A DNA stretch of 64,000 nucleotides from an uncultured Clostridia bacterium (GTDB lineage: Bacteria; Bacillota; Clostridia; Christensenellales; CAG-917), in the NCBI GenBank assembly GCA_947165815.1, contig CAMVBZ010000001.1, positions 3,633-67,632 on the forward strand, in the 5' to 3' direction. How positions within the stretch are numbered: position 1 is the stretch's first letter; every line of letters starts with the position of its first letter. The position numbers and the translations under genes are program-made. The notes beneath the pieces are model-generated. The model saw nothing but the letters and a program-made list of their open reading frames with translations, did no database searches and was not told the origin of the DNA. Shown here piece after piece: positions 29,508-37,929 of this stretch.

Positions 29508-32500
29508 TCGTCATCTCCTCCTTGTTCATAATAGGAAATTATACTATCGTTAGCGATAAGAACATCTTCTTTACTTGCTATATTTAATAATGTATAACAC
29601 CCGTGTTGTACGGTTCCAATTTCATAAGTGTTATCATCCTCATAAACTACTTTTAATTCATAGTCATAAACAGAGAACCAATACACTTCAAATCCTTCTT
29701 CATCTATGAAAGGAGTATATATCAAGAAATCTCCAGATGATCCAATTGCCTTAACCTTTTCTACAGCAATATACTTATTAATTTTGGTGTCAGCCCAACC
29801 AGTGTAGTCATTTTCCTCAAATAAAACACATCTGCCATTAATATATACAGCTTCTCTACTTTCTGGTCCATGACCAGTAAAATCGATTGTATCAAAGGCG
29901 ACATTAATGTTGTTAATCCAAATTGAGATTGTGCCATCTGTATCTACAAACATATATGTCAAAATATTGTCTTTTGCTTTTCTTCTAATAACATATGGTA
30001 AAACATAGATTCCATTTGTTGTATAAATAGCGCCATCATAAATCAAACGATTTTCAACTGTGTCTGTATTTGCACTACGTTCATTATCCATAAATGCATT
30101 TGCCATCATATTAGCATATGTTGTAAGTGTGGCTACATCATCAAATCCTAAAAGATTTGCTATCATTTGACGATACTCATCAACTGTATGATTATTTCCC
30201 GTACCAGCAATTGCAAAGGATTTGTTTAATCCAATGACTGCACTATTGGTCAATAAATATTCACTTGTATATCCAAGATCGTTATTAGCGATGGTGTATA
30301 AATTTCCAGCTTGTTTGAAGAATCTTCTATAGTCAAGATAATTATCATTGCCTTGTCCAATCTCCCAGTAGTTTGCACCATTTTCTTCAATAGAATAATT
30401 AGAGAAGAATGTATGATACAAATCACTTAAGGAATCAAATCTAGCAACAACCTCATCTGCCATAACAGCAATATCGTTTCTATCTATTCTCTTTGTTATA
30501 GAACAATACTCACCATTTGCATATACGATTCCGCCAAGTGGATAACAATCACAAATTAAATAACATGCATTTTCTCTAAATATAGTGTATTCACCATATT
30601 GTTCGTTCTCGTTAGTATCTTTACAACTTACATTTGGATATGTAACCGTAAAAATATTGTGAGAAGCGTTCTGCAAATCCTTTATTAATTCTGCAACCTT
30701 TGAGTCCAAATCTTCTCTCATAATATAACCATCATCTTCAGCCAATAGACATCTGCCATAAATAGTTACCTCGTATTTATCTTCCGAAGATAAGACTGCA
30801 TCGCCAAAATTAGTAGCATTAAATGCATTACGTGCATCATTAATCCATACAGACATATTGCCAACTGTATCAACAAACACTAATGCAAATACCTTTTGTA
30901 AAGACAATTCGGTTCTAATTACGAATGGAAATATGAAATATCCATTTGTCGTATAAACAGCGCCGTCATACATCAAACGTGCTGATACAGATTCAACATT
31001 TGCATTTTTCTTATTTTGAGCAAGTTCTTGTGCCAATGTATTAGTATATGATGTGAATGTGGCTAAATCATTGAATCCAAACAACTTTGCAACTATCATA
31101 CGATATTGGTCTAAAGAATAATCGTTTCCACTATTGTTTATGGAAATAGTGAATGGATTATTCATACCGATAATTACACTTTCACTAAGGACATATTCAT
31201 TATTCTTTCCTAAATTACGACCTGCCAAAGCCATCAAGTTACTTGTAAATTCAAAGAAATCTTTATATAAATTGTAATAACGGTTAGTAACTCCCAATCT
31301 CCACTCATTAACAACATCTTCACCTATTGCATAATTTGAAATAAATAAATTATACAATTCAGTTACATAATCAAGATTTTCAGCAACACCAGCCTCCATT
31401 TGAGGATGTTCATCTCTATCTGTTCTATTTGTTAAACTAATCGAATCTCCATTTGCTTTAATTATTTTTGCAAAAATATCATCATCGCAGAATGTATATG
31501 TTGCTTGATTTGTAGAAATTTGATGTTCTGCCAAATCATATGATTCACTCTCCTCTGCACAATTTCCTGGAAGATTTTCGACAAATCTATATACTGCACG
31601 AGTTCCTTGAGTAAGTTTTTCTGTTGCAGCAGATTCTTCCAAAAATGTAAGATCTTTATCACTTGTTATTACATGTGTAACGTCTGTTCCAGATTCATCA
31701 ACCACTTTAACTATTGGAGATAATCTTGTCAAATAGACTTCACTTGTCAAACAACGTCCTTCCAGTTTAACCTCTTGTTGTGGAGAGTTGAATAAATTAA
31801 ATAATGAATCTACATCACTTATTAAAACGCCCATATCCTTAAAAATTGAAAGAGAGGATTCTGTTCTTTGTAATCTTGCAACGATAAAAATTATTGCTTC
31901 TGATCTTTGATTTCCTTCATTATCAACCCAACTAAAAGTATATGGGAACGCAATTACTGAATCACGCTCACCTTTATCATAAACTCCGCCTTTAACGGCA
32001 CATGTAAGTTGTCCATTAACGTTATTTATGGATGTTCCGGAATTATCTCTCATCATGTTACTACAAAATTCATCAATTTTCTGGACAACTTTACCTTCTC
32101 CAAAGAAATCGCTTGAGTTTTCAAAGCCAAAAATATGTGCTAGCACATCAATATAATCAGAATGTGTATGTTCTTTATGTTTTGATATATATCTCCAATC
32201 TTCTGAATCCTCTAGCAAAACATACGCAGCATTATTCAACTCAAATGTCCAAGGAGTGTCTTCACCAGATGTTGGTCTCAATGCTTCATTTGAAGCATTC
32301 AACAATGATGTAAAAATATCATCATCAACGTCAAGCCAACTTTCTGTACCAACTATATAACGCTTGTACTGAAGTCTAAAATTGCGATACTCCTCTGCAA
32401 GTGTATGGAAATCTTCTCTCTTAGATGGTTGTATATATCCCTGTTCCGAATTGGTTAAAGCAGTTTCTCCTTTCTTATTATATTCATAGAATACATTACA

Positions 32501-34327
32501 ATCACAGAATTGCATTGTAATGCCACCGAATGTGAATTCCTCCAAATTTTCATCACAAGACCCACCTTCATGGAAGTCCATAAATGCGCCTGATGCATTG
32601 CCTGTCTCTGGGTTTACCCAATCATCATCAAAAACCTTTAAATCCCAATTTGTGAAACTATTCACCGTTGATGCACGTATAAGTGTATTAACTTTGGTAA
32701 GCCCAGTATAGTTGCCACTTCCATCGAATTCTATGACAACAACATAGTATCCATCTTCAAGAATCTTTTCTCCGTATCCCTCTCCTTCACCATCAAACGA
32801 AGAAAGATCATCTATCCAACCGTCAACTTTTTTATACTTTACATCTTTGACTTTAAGACCGTCTGGTATATTTTGAGGACGATATTCATTAGCTGCACGA
32901 TATGGATCAAAATAGAATACCTTTAAATGCTTAGCTCTTTCTTCAGCTGATTGTTCTTCTGGATGTTGGAATATATAGTTCCAATATTCTGTAGGGAAAT
33001 CATCTTTGATACTTCTTTGAGAAATGAAACGACGGCGTTCAAAAGTAATCATATCCATTTTGGCTGGAACTGGGTCAATAATAATCGTTGCAGTCATAGA
33101 AGCAGGATTCTTAAAGTTTGGATTATTACTTTCAAAAGATGCTATCGCTACATAAGTCCCTGCATTTTTTGCTACATTGCCACTATAGGACACTGATAAT
33201 CCCATAGGCAAAGTTCCTTCTATCTCTATAGTCTTTTCTGTACCATCATAAGAAGTCTTTGTTCCATTAAATTGAACACCCGACATATCATACTCTGCTT
33301 TTTCAATTGTTAAAGTTGCATACATATTTGGAATTGGTTCATAATTGACTATATCATCTATATCAAATTTAGCTGTTGCATTATATACGCCCACGTCCAC
33401 GTGTTCATTATTAATATAAGTAACAGAAACTCCTAAAGGAAGATTACCTTCAAGTTCAATCTTTTGAACAGTACGATCATACTGAACCCATTTGCTATCA
33501 AAACTTAAATCTGAGACATCTATCTCTGCTTGCTTTATTCTAAGAGTTGCAATCTTTGGTTCAACTACATTATAGTTGACATTATCACCAGAGAATGATG
33601 CTTGTATTGTATATATTCCTGCATTTTTAGCAGAGTTTCCTTGTTCTTCTCTGCCTCCAAATTTTGTTATTGTATAATCTACATATAATCCAGTAGGCAA
33701 AGTTCCATCAATGGATATCTCGTGTATGTCACCATCATAGACTTCTTCTTTATTTTCAAAGTTGATATGTGATAAATCATAAGTTGCTTTTCTAATAACT
33801 ACATTTGCAGTCATTTCCTTCATCTCATAAGCATCTTTTCTTAAAATTGCAGTTGCTTGATATGTTCCTGCTGTACGGAAACGATTTGTTGTAGGATATG
33901 TTACTGTTGTGCCTTCTGGAACATTCTTTACCTCTACTGTATGGAATTCTCCATCATATACAATGTCTACGTCATTAAATTCTGCTCCAGCAAAAACATT
34001 TCTTCTAACATTTACATTAATTGTTGTTGTCTTGTCTTTAAAGTAAACAGTTAATACGTGTTCGCCTTCTTGGAATAATAAAATACGGTCTTTTGCCTCT
34101 AACATATCTGCACTTAATGTAGATTGTTCTGTTTTGCCTGAGTCGAATGTTGCTGTAACGGTATAGTCTGAGTAATTGAACTCACCCATTCTTACATCTA
34201 TAGTATCGGGAGTGACACTTATTTCTTTTACATTATCGATATTACATGCGAATAGCACTACGCATGTTAGTACAAATGTTGCCAACAACATGGCATATAA
34301 TAGTATTTTCTTTCCTTTTTTAATCAT
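29498..34327 (-). CDS. Large surface lipoprotein (1609 aa) with four MBG-like repeats and three Cys-containing ~300-aa repeats
   Basis: Lipobox LFAC. Four units with the YDG...AG(T/I)Y signature (VYDGEFHTVEV...RTAGTYQA; VYDGDIHEISI...KNAGIYTI; QYDRTVQKIEL...DVGVYNA; SYDGTEKTIEI...KNAGTYVA). Three C-terminal units each end in GRC(L/V). Confidence 0.8.
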   Translation of the reverse strand: MIKKGKKILLYAMLLATFVLTCVVLFACNIDNVKEISVTPDTIDVRMGEFNYSDYTVTATFDSGKTEQSTLSADMLEAKDRILLFQEGEHVLTVYFKDKTTTINVNVRRNVFAGAEFNDVDIVYDGEFHTVEVKNVPEGTTVTYPTTNRFRTAGTYQATAILRKDAYEMKEMTANVVIRKATYDLSHINFENKEEVYDGDIHEISIDGTLPTGLYVDYTITKFGGREEQGNSAKNAGIYTIQASFSGDNVNYNVVEPKIATLRIKQAEIDVSDLSFDSKWVQYDRTVQKIELEGNLPLGVSVTYINNEHVDVGVYNATAKFDIDDIVNYEPIPNMYATLTIEKAEYDMSGVQFNGTKTSYDGTEKTIEIEGTLPMGLSVSYSGNVAKNAGTYVAIASFESNNPNFKNPASMTATIIIDPVPAKMDMITFERRRFISQRSIKDDFPTEYWNYIFQHPEEQSAEERAKHLKVFYFDPYRAANEYRPQNIPDGLKVKDVKYKKVDGWIDDLSSFDGEGEGYGEKILEDGYYVVVIEFDGSGNYTGLTKVNTLIRASTVNSFTNWDLKVFDDDWVNPETGNASGAFMDFHEGGSCDENLEEFTFGGITMQFCDCNVFYEYNKKGETALTNSEQGYIQPSKREDFHTLAEEYRNFRLQYKRYIVGTESWLDVDDDIFTSLLNASNEALRPTSGEDTPWTFELNNAAYVLLEDSEDWRYISKHKEHTHSDYIDVLAHIFGFENSSDFFGEGKVVQKIDEFCSNMMRDNSGTSINNVNGQLTCAVKGGVYDKGERDSVIAFPYTFSWVDNEGNQRSEAIIFIVARLQRTESSLSIFKDMGVLISDVDSLFNLFNSPQQEVKLEGRCLTSEVYLTRLSPIVKVVDESGTDVTHVITSDKDLTFLEESAATEKLTQGTRAVYRFVENLPGNCAEESESYDLAEHQISTNQATYTFCDDDIFAKIIKANGDSISLTNRTDRDEHPQMEAGVAENLDYVTELYNLFISNYAIGEDVVNEWRLGVTNRYYNLYKDFFEFTSNLMALAGRNLGKNNEYVLSESVIIGMNNPFTISINNSGNDYSLDQYRMIVAKLFGFNDLATFTSYTNTLAQELAQNKKNANVESVSARLMYDGAVYTTNGYFIFPFVIRTELSLQKVFALVFVDTVGNMSVWINDARNAFNATNFGDAVLSSEDKYEVTIYGRCLLAEDDGYIMREDLDSKVAELIKDLQNASHNIFTVTYPNVSCKDTNENEQYGEYTIFRENACYLICDCYPLGGIVYANGEYCSITKRIDRNDIAVMADEVVARFDSLSDLYHTFFSNYSIEENGANYWEIGQGNDNYLDYRRFFKQAGNLYTIANNDLGYTSEYLLTNSAVIGLNKSFAIAGTGNNHTVDEYRQMIANLLGFDDVATLTTYANMMANAFMDNERSANTDTVENRLIYDGAIYTTNGIYVLPYVIRRKAKDNILTYMFVDTDGTISIWINNINVAFDTIDFTGHGPESREAVYINGRCVLFEENDYTGWADTKINKYIAVEKVKAIGSSGDFLIYTPFIDEEGFEVYWFSVYDYELKVVYEDDNTYEIGTVQHGCYTLLNIASKEDVLIANDSIISYYEQGGDDEWH
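29828..32542 (-). repeat. Three tandem ~300-330-aa protein repeat units in the 1609-aa lipoprotein
   Basis: Units 2 and 3 align clearly: IIGMNNPFTISINNSGNDYSLDQYRMIVAKLFGFNDLATFTSYTNTLA / VIGLNKSFAIAGTGNNHTVDEYRQMIANLLGFDDVATLTTYANMMA, and RLMYDGAVYTTNGYFIFPFVIR / RLIYDGAIYTTNGIYVLPYVIR. Unit 1 is more diverged. Each unit has an FCDC/FCDDD/ICDC patch and ends at GRC (aa 857-859, 1191-1193, 1498-1500). Confidence 0.7.
33077..34006 (-). repeat. Four tandem MBG-like domain repeats (aa about 108-417)
   Basis: Period of about 75-80 aa with conserved YDG, G(T/N)LP.G and AG.Y positions. Confidence 0.7.
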
Positions 34328-34344
34328 TATTTTAAGATCTCCCG

Positions 34345-35139
34345 TTACATTCTATATTTTTTTGGCCCAGTCAAATCTGACCATGAGGCATAATTTGTCA
34401 TATATGCGCCCTGGTAGGCGTTAATTGCTTTTATATCACCATTAAGGTAGTCATAATAATCACAATCAATTTTTTTAGGATCTATTGCATATGCATTATG
34501 AGATTTGATGATAATATCTGAACCACCTATTGCATTCAAAGTCTTAACAAGCGTTGAGAATGCTTGAGATAAATATTGATCACCACCAACACCTACATCA
34601 TCAAAAATGTAAGCAATTATCTCAGAACGGCTACATGCAGCTCCCTTTTTGTCTATTAAATAAGCAAGTAATTCTTTTGCTTTTGCTCTTGGGAAATGAA
34701 CAGGCATTCCATCACAGAAAAACTCGAAGTTTCCAAATGTTTGAGCATAGAACTTTTTGCCCTTTCCCATATCTTTTTCTGGATAAAGAAGATTATCAAA
34801 TTGTTCACGAAGTTGGTTTTCATCAACTGGTTTTAGCAAGTAACCACTTGCATGCAATCTAATAGCATCCATCATATATTCGGAGTACCCTGTTACAAAC
34901 ACTATGTTTGTATGTGGATAAATAACCTTAACTCTATGAGCAAATTGTATGCCTGTCATATCATACATTCTAACATCACTAAAAATGATATCTGGTTTCA
35001 TTGCACCACTTTCCAAAGATTGAAGAGCCATTATAGGATCATGGAATAGATAAAGGTCCGCATCTGGCTTAACCTTCTTAATGCAATCTGCCAATGAATT
35101 TAATGCTAATGTCTCATCATCAACTGCTAAGATAATCAT
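34345..35139 (-). CDS. Two-component response regulator: REC domain plus SARP/OmpR-like winged-helix output
   Basis: REC motifs MIILAVDDE, IIFSDVRMYDMTG, IVFVTGY. C-terminal FGNFEFFCDGMPVHFPRAKAKELLAYLIDKKGAACSRSEIIAYIF is typical of wHTH (SARP/OmpR-like) DNA-binding domains. ATGA overlap with the upstream gene. Confidence 0.8.
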   Translation of the reverse strand: MIILAVDDETLALNSLADCIKKVKPDADLYLFHDPIMALQSLESGAMKPDIIFSDVRMYDMTGIQFAHRVKVIYPHTNIVFVTGYSEYMMDAIRLHASGYLLKPVDENQLREQFDNLLYPEKDMGKGKKFYAQTFGNFEFFCDGMPVHFPRAKAKELLAYLIDKKGAACSRSEIIAYIFDDVGVGGDQYLSQAFSTLVKTLNAIGGSDIIIKSHNAYAIDPKKIDCDYYDYLNGDIKAINAYQGAYMTNYASWSDLTGPKKYRM

Positions 35140-36431
35140 TTTTTCAAACTCCTTATATAGAGTTCATCTTGTACTGGTTGTACTTGACGCATTGTCATAC
35201 CAATATAATCTTCTCCTATTTCATCTATATCTACACTAATACGACTTACTTTATCACTATTTTCTATTCCATCTTCATCATATTGTTTCTTTCCTGTTGC
35301 AAGACCACGATAGAAAATTTCTCTATTGAGTGCCATTTCGGAAAGAAGATATCTGCTGGAATTGGCAAGTCCTTTTTTTGTTAAGAACTGTTTTGTGAGA
35401 TATATATTCTTGTCTTTTTGTGCTTTTTTAAGTGCAAGATTACAAATAGCATCCGCTTCATCCTTACTTAAATCTTGTAAATCATGATCTTTGAGGTATT
35501 GCTCTCTATTTTTAATATCATCTTCCTCAAACATCTCTGGGACTCTCTTGTAATCACGTTTTATTAATTGTTCATTGCGTGTTTTATAATAGTATTCACT
35601 TATTACACCTTCTCTAAAAGCATCTTGTATTGCACTACCTCTTGCATAAGTTGCCTTTAAAAGAACATTCTCTGCTCTAAGTTTCTTGTTTTCTATTTCC
35701 TCACGTTCTTTTCCTGAAACAAAACCTAATCTTACATCCAACTCATGAATATCTTTTAGAAGTTTTTGAGCATCTTTATTGAAACTTTCATCCTCGTTGC
35801 GAATAGCAGACCACTTATCTGATACATGAGGTTTACGAAGATACTCATGACAATCCAAATCTATTGAAGATAAGTCTTCTTCAAAATGTATTTCACTAAA
35901 TGCATCTTGCTTTCTATCGTTTGCAATTAAAGTTGCTTGTACGAAAGCTTCAGGTTGCTTAACGAACCACTCTGCTTGTCCATTGTCACTTGAATTTGTG
36001 TTTGAATCTGACAATAAAAGAACTTGAGCTGTTTGGCAATGAAGCATTTTTAAAACTGCCTTAGACAAGTCGTCATTATGTAATTCTGTAGTTTCTGTTG
36101 CATCTTCAACTGTTGAGATTTCATCAAGGTCTAAAATACACTCTTTCACATTTTTAATGTGATTCTTAGATAAAACGTTATTTTTTACGATTAATTCTAA
36201 CTCATCAAAAGGAAGATCATCATCACCTTCATGATATAAAGAAAGAGCGCCCATTTGCTTTGAATTAAGCAACATCATACGCTCTAAATTATTCAATTCT
36301 TTTGTTATACGTACTCTAACGGTATCACGTCTTAATTTCTCTGTAAAAGATCCTTCAGACATATTTTGAGATGCTTGGTTTCCACCAATTTCATCCCAGA
36401 TTTTTTGGTATAAATCTTTTAAAACTCCCAT
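35136..36431 (-). CDS. Soluble protein of unknown function (431 aa from the corrected start), co-transcribed with the response regulator
   Basis: I moved the start to ATG 36431 (MGVLKDLYQ) because GGAGAG lies 7 nt upstream, and the longest-ORF start at 36470 falls inside the conserved promoter element. Shares a roughly 80-aa module with the 1142-aa protein. Confidence 0.6.
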   Translation of the reverse strand: MGVLKDLYQKIWDEIGGNQASQNMSEGSFTEKLRRDTVRVRITKELNNLERMMLLNSKQMGALSLYHEGDDDLPFDELELIVKNNVLSKNHIKNVKECILDLDEISTVEDATETTELHNDDLSKAVLKMLHCQTAQVLLLSDSNTNSSDNGQAEWFVKQPEAFVQATLIANDRKQDAFSEIHFEEDLSSIDLDCHEYLRKPHVSDKWSAIRNEDESFNKDAQKLLKDIHELDVRLGFVSGKEREEIENKKLRAENVLLKATYARGSAIQDAFREGVISEYYYKTRNEQLIKRDYKRVPEMFEEDDIKNREQYLKDHDLQDLSKDEADAICNLALKKAQKDKNIYLTKQFLTKKGLANSSRYLLSEMALNREIFYRGLATGKKQYDEDGIENSDKVSRISVDIDEIGEDYIGMTMRQVQPVQDELYIRSLKK

Positions 36432-36467
36432 TAGACTACTCTCCATTATAATATGAATTATTACAAC

Positions 36468-36503
36468 CATTGTAACACACGAAATATTACAAATTTATTA
36501 CAA
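36468..36503 (-). promoter_or_regulatory. Conserved promoter/operator element, copy 2 (upstream of the unknown protein, response regulator, lipoprotein, T4CP and giant sub-operon)
   Basis: Minus-strand TTGTAATAAATTTGTAATATTTCGTGTGTTACAATG, 35/36 identical to 14793..14828. A third TTGTAATAA and a TATAAT box follow before the GGAGAG RBS. Confidence 0.65.
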
Positions 36504-36537
36504 AAGCATTTTTAAAGTTTTAGTGTTTGAAATTATT

Positions 36538-37833
36538 TTATTCTGAAATTGGGAAACGAATAGTGGCCGTTGTACCATAACCTATTTTACTTTCTATTTC
36601 AAGTTTTCCATTAACCATTGTTTCAACACGGTTTCTAACATTTTCAATACCAATATGGGTAGAATCTCTTGGTTCATTAACCTCAAATCCTACACCATTA
36701 TCTATTATTCTAATGACTATGTCATTATCCTCACGTCTTGTTGCAATCTTAATTGTACCACCTTCACGCTTAACAGATATACCATGTTTAACTGCATTTT
36801 CTGCCAATATTTGGACACTCATAGCAGGAAGATCAAAATCTTTTTCTTGTATATCGTATTCAACTTGCAAACTCTTTCCAAAACGTATTTTTTCAAGTCT
36901 TAAATAAACTTGTACATTCTCAAATTCTTGTTCAAAAGAAATGAGAGTGTTTTCATTAATTGTATTTAGTGTCTGACGAAGATATTTAGCAAAGTCCCCT
37001 ATTGCTTTCTTTGTTTTATCTGGGTTGTCTGGAAGAGCTTGTATAGCCGTTAGTGCATTGTAAATAAAATGTGGAGAAACTTGACTTCTAAATAGTCTCT
37101 CTCTTGTTTTTTCTGTTTCTAATTTTGCTTCCTCTTTTGCGATTCTTTCTTTCAAAAGTATGTCAGTTGCTTTTGATTGTTCTCCAAACAAAAGAACTAC
37201 AATTGACATAATAGTTATAGCATCCACAAAGAACAACTGTGGAATAAGACATTGTAAAATTAAGCCAATTAGAAGCAATGAAAAATAGATATAGAAAGTA
37301 ACCATATCTTGTTTGCACAAACTTTTTCTATTAATAACAACCAATGCTGCAATTGCTAACCATAATACTAATTCAACAACTGGAATTAGGTAGAAGGCGA
37401 TGCCACGAACATAGTGATTATTTGCGTTTACAGAATATAAATATCCTGCAAATAGATTTCCTACAAGCAGTGCAAGCACGACCCCTTGTATAGCAAAAAC
37501 AATAATGGTCCAAACCTTATAAAACTTTGAGTCACTTTTAATTAAATGAATCAAATAAAGGTTGAGGAATGCTATGCATAAACAACCTGCCATTATTCCT
37601 ATAAACCTTGAGGCTATAATCATCGCTCTAGAAGATTCTAACCCCATATCGTTAAATACATTAAACAATCCGTTAAAGAGAGCAGAAACGCCCAATGATG
37701 CCATAATAAATGCTAAATCACGTTTTTCTTGTTTGCTAACGTGAGGGAAAGTGAGCATACAAATAGAACCAGCAATTGCTAATAACAATGCAACAACCTC
37801 AAAAGAGATGTTTATTGTGGCATATACCCCCAT
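36538..37833 (-). CDS. Sensor histidine kinase, LytS/YehU type (His_kinase PF06580-like plus HATPase_c), six-TM sensor
   Basis: H-box region FRSQVSPHFIYNALTAI. N-box ILAENAVKHGI. G-boxes IIDNGVGF and GIENVRNRV...GYGTTATIRFP. GGAGGG RBS. Confidence 0.85.
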   Translation of the reverse strand: MGVYATINISFEVVALLLAIAGSICMLTFPHVSKQEKRDLAFIMASLGVSALFNGLFNVFNDMGLESSRAMIIASRFIGIMAGCLCIAFLNLYLIHLIKSDSKFYKVWTIIVFAIQGVVLALLVGNLFAGYLYSVNANNHYVRGIAFYLIPVVELVLWLAIAALVVINRKSLCKQDMVTFYIYFSLLLIGLILQCLIPQLFFVDAITIMSIVVLLFGEQSKATDILLKERIAKEEAKLETEKTRERLFRSQVSPHFIYNALTAIQALPDNPDKTKKAIGDFAKYLRQTLNTINENTLISFEQEFENVQVYLRLEKIRFGKSLQVEYDIQEKDFDLPAMSVQILAENAVKHGISVKREGGTIKIATRREDNDIVIRIIDNGVGFEVNEPRDSTHIGIENVRNRVETMVNGKLEIESKIGYGTTATIRFPISE

Positions 37834-37895
37834 GTCAGACCCTCCACTCTAAATAAATATGCTTTAGTATATCATATCTTTTTTTATATTACCAT

Positions 37896-37926
37896 AAAAA
37901 AAACGAACCCTCTAAAAGAGTTCGTA
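37896..37926 (-). terminator. Rho-independent terminator after tRNA-Val
   Basis: Minus-strand ACGAACTCT-TTT-AGAGGGTTCGT imperfect hairpin followed by T8. Confidence 0.6.
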
Positions 37927-37929
37927 CTA

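Noticed and set aside
36432-36470. Longest-ORF N-terminal extension (MVVIIHIIMESSL) of the 35136..36470 ORF
   Set aside because: The ATG at 36468-36470 lies inside the conserved promoter element (it is the CAT of CATTGTAAC) and has no RBS. ATG 36431 has GGAGAG 7 nt upstream.
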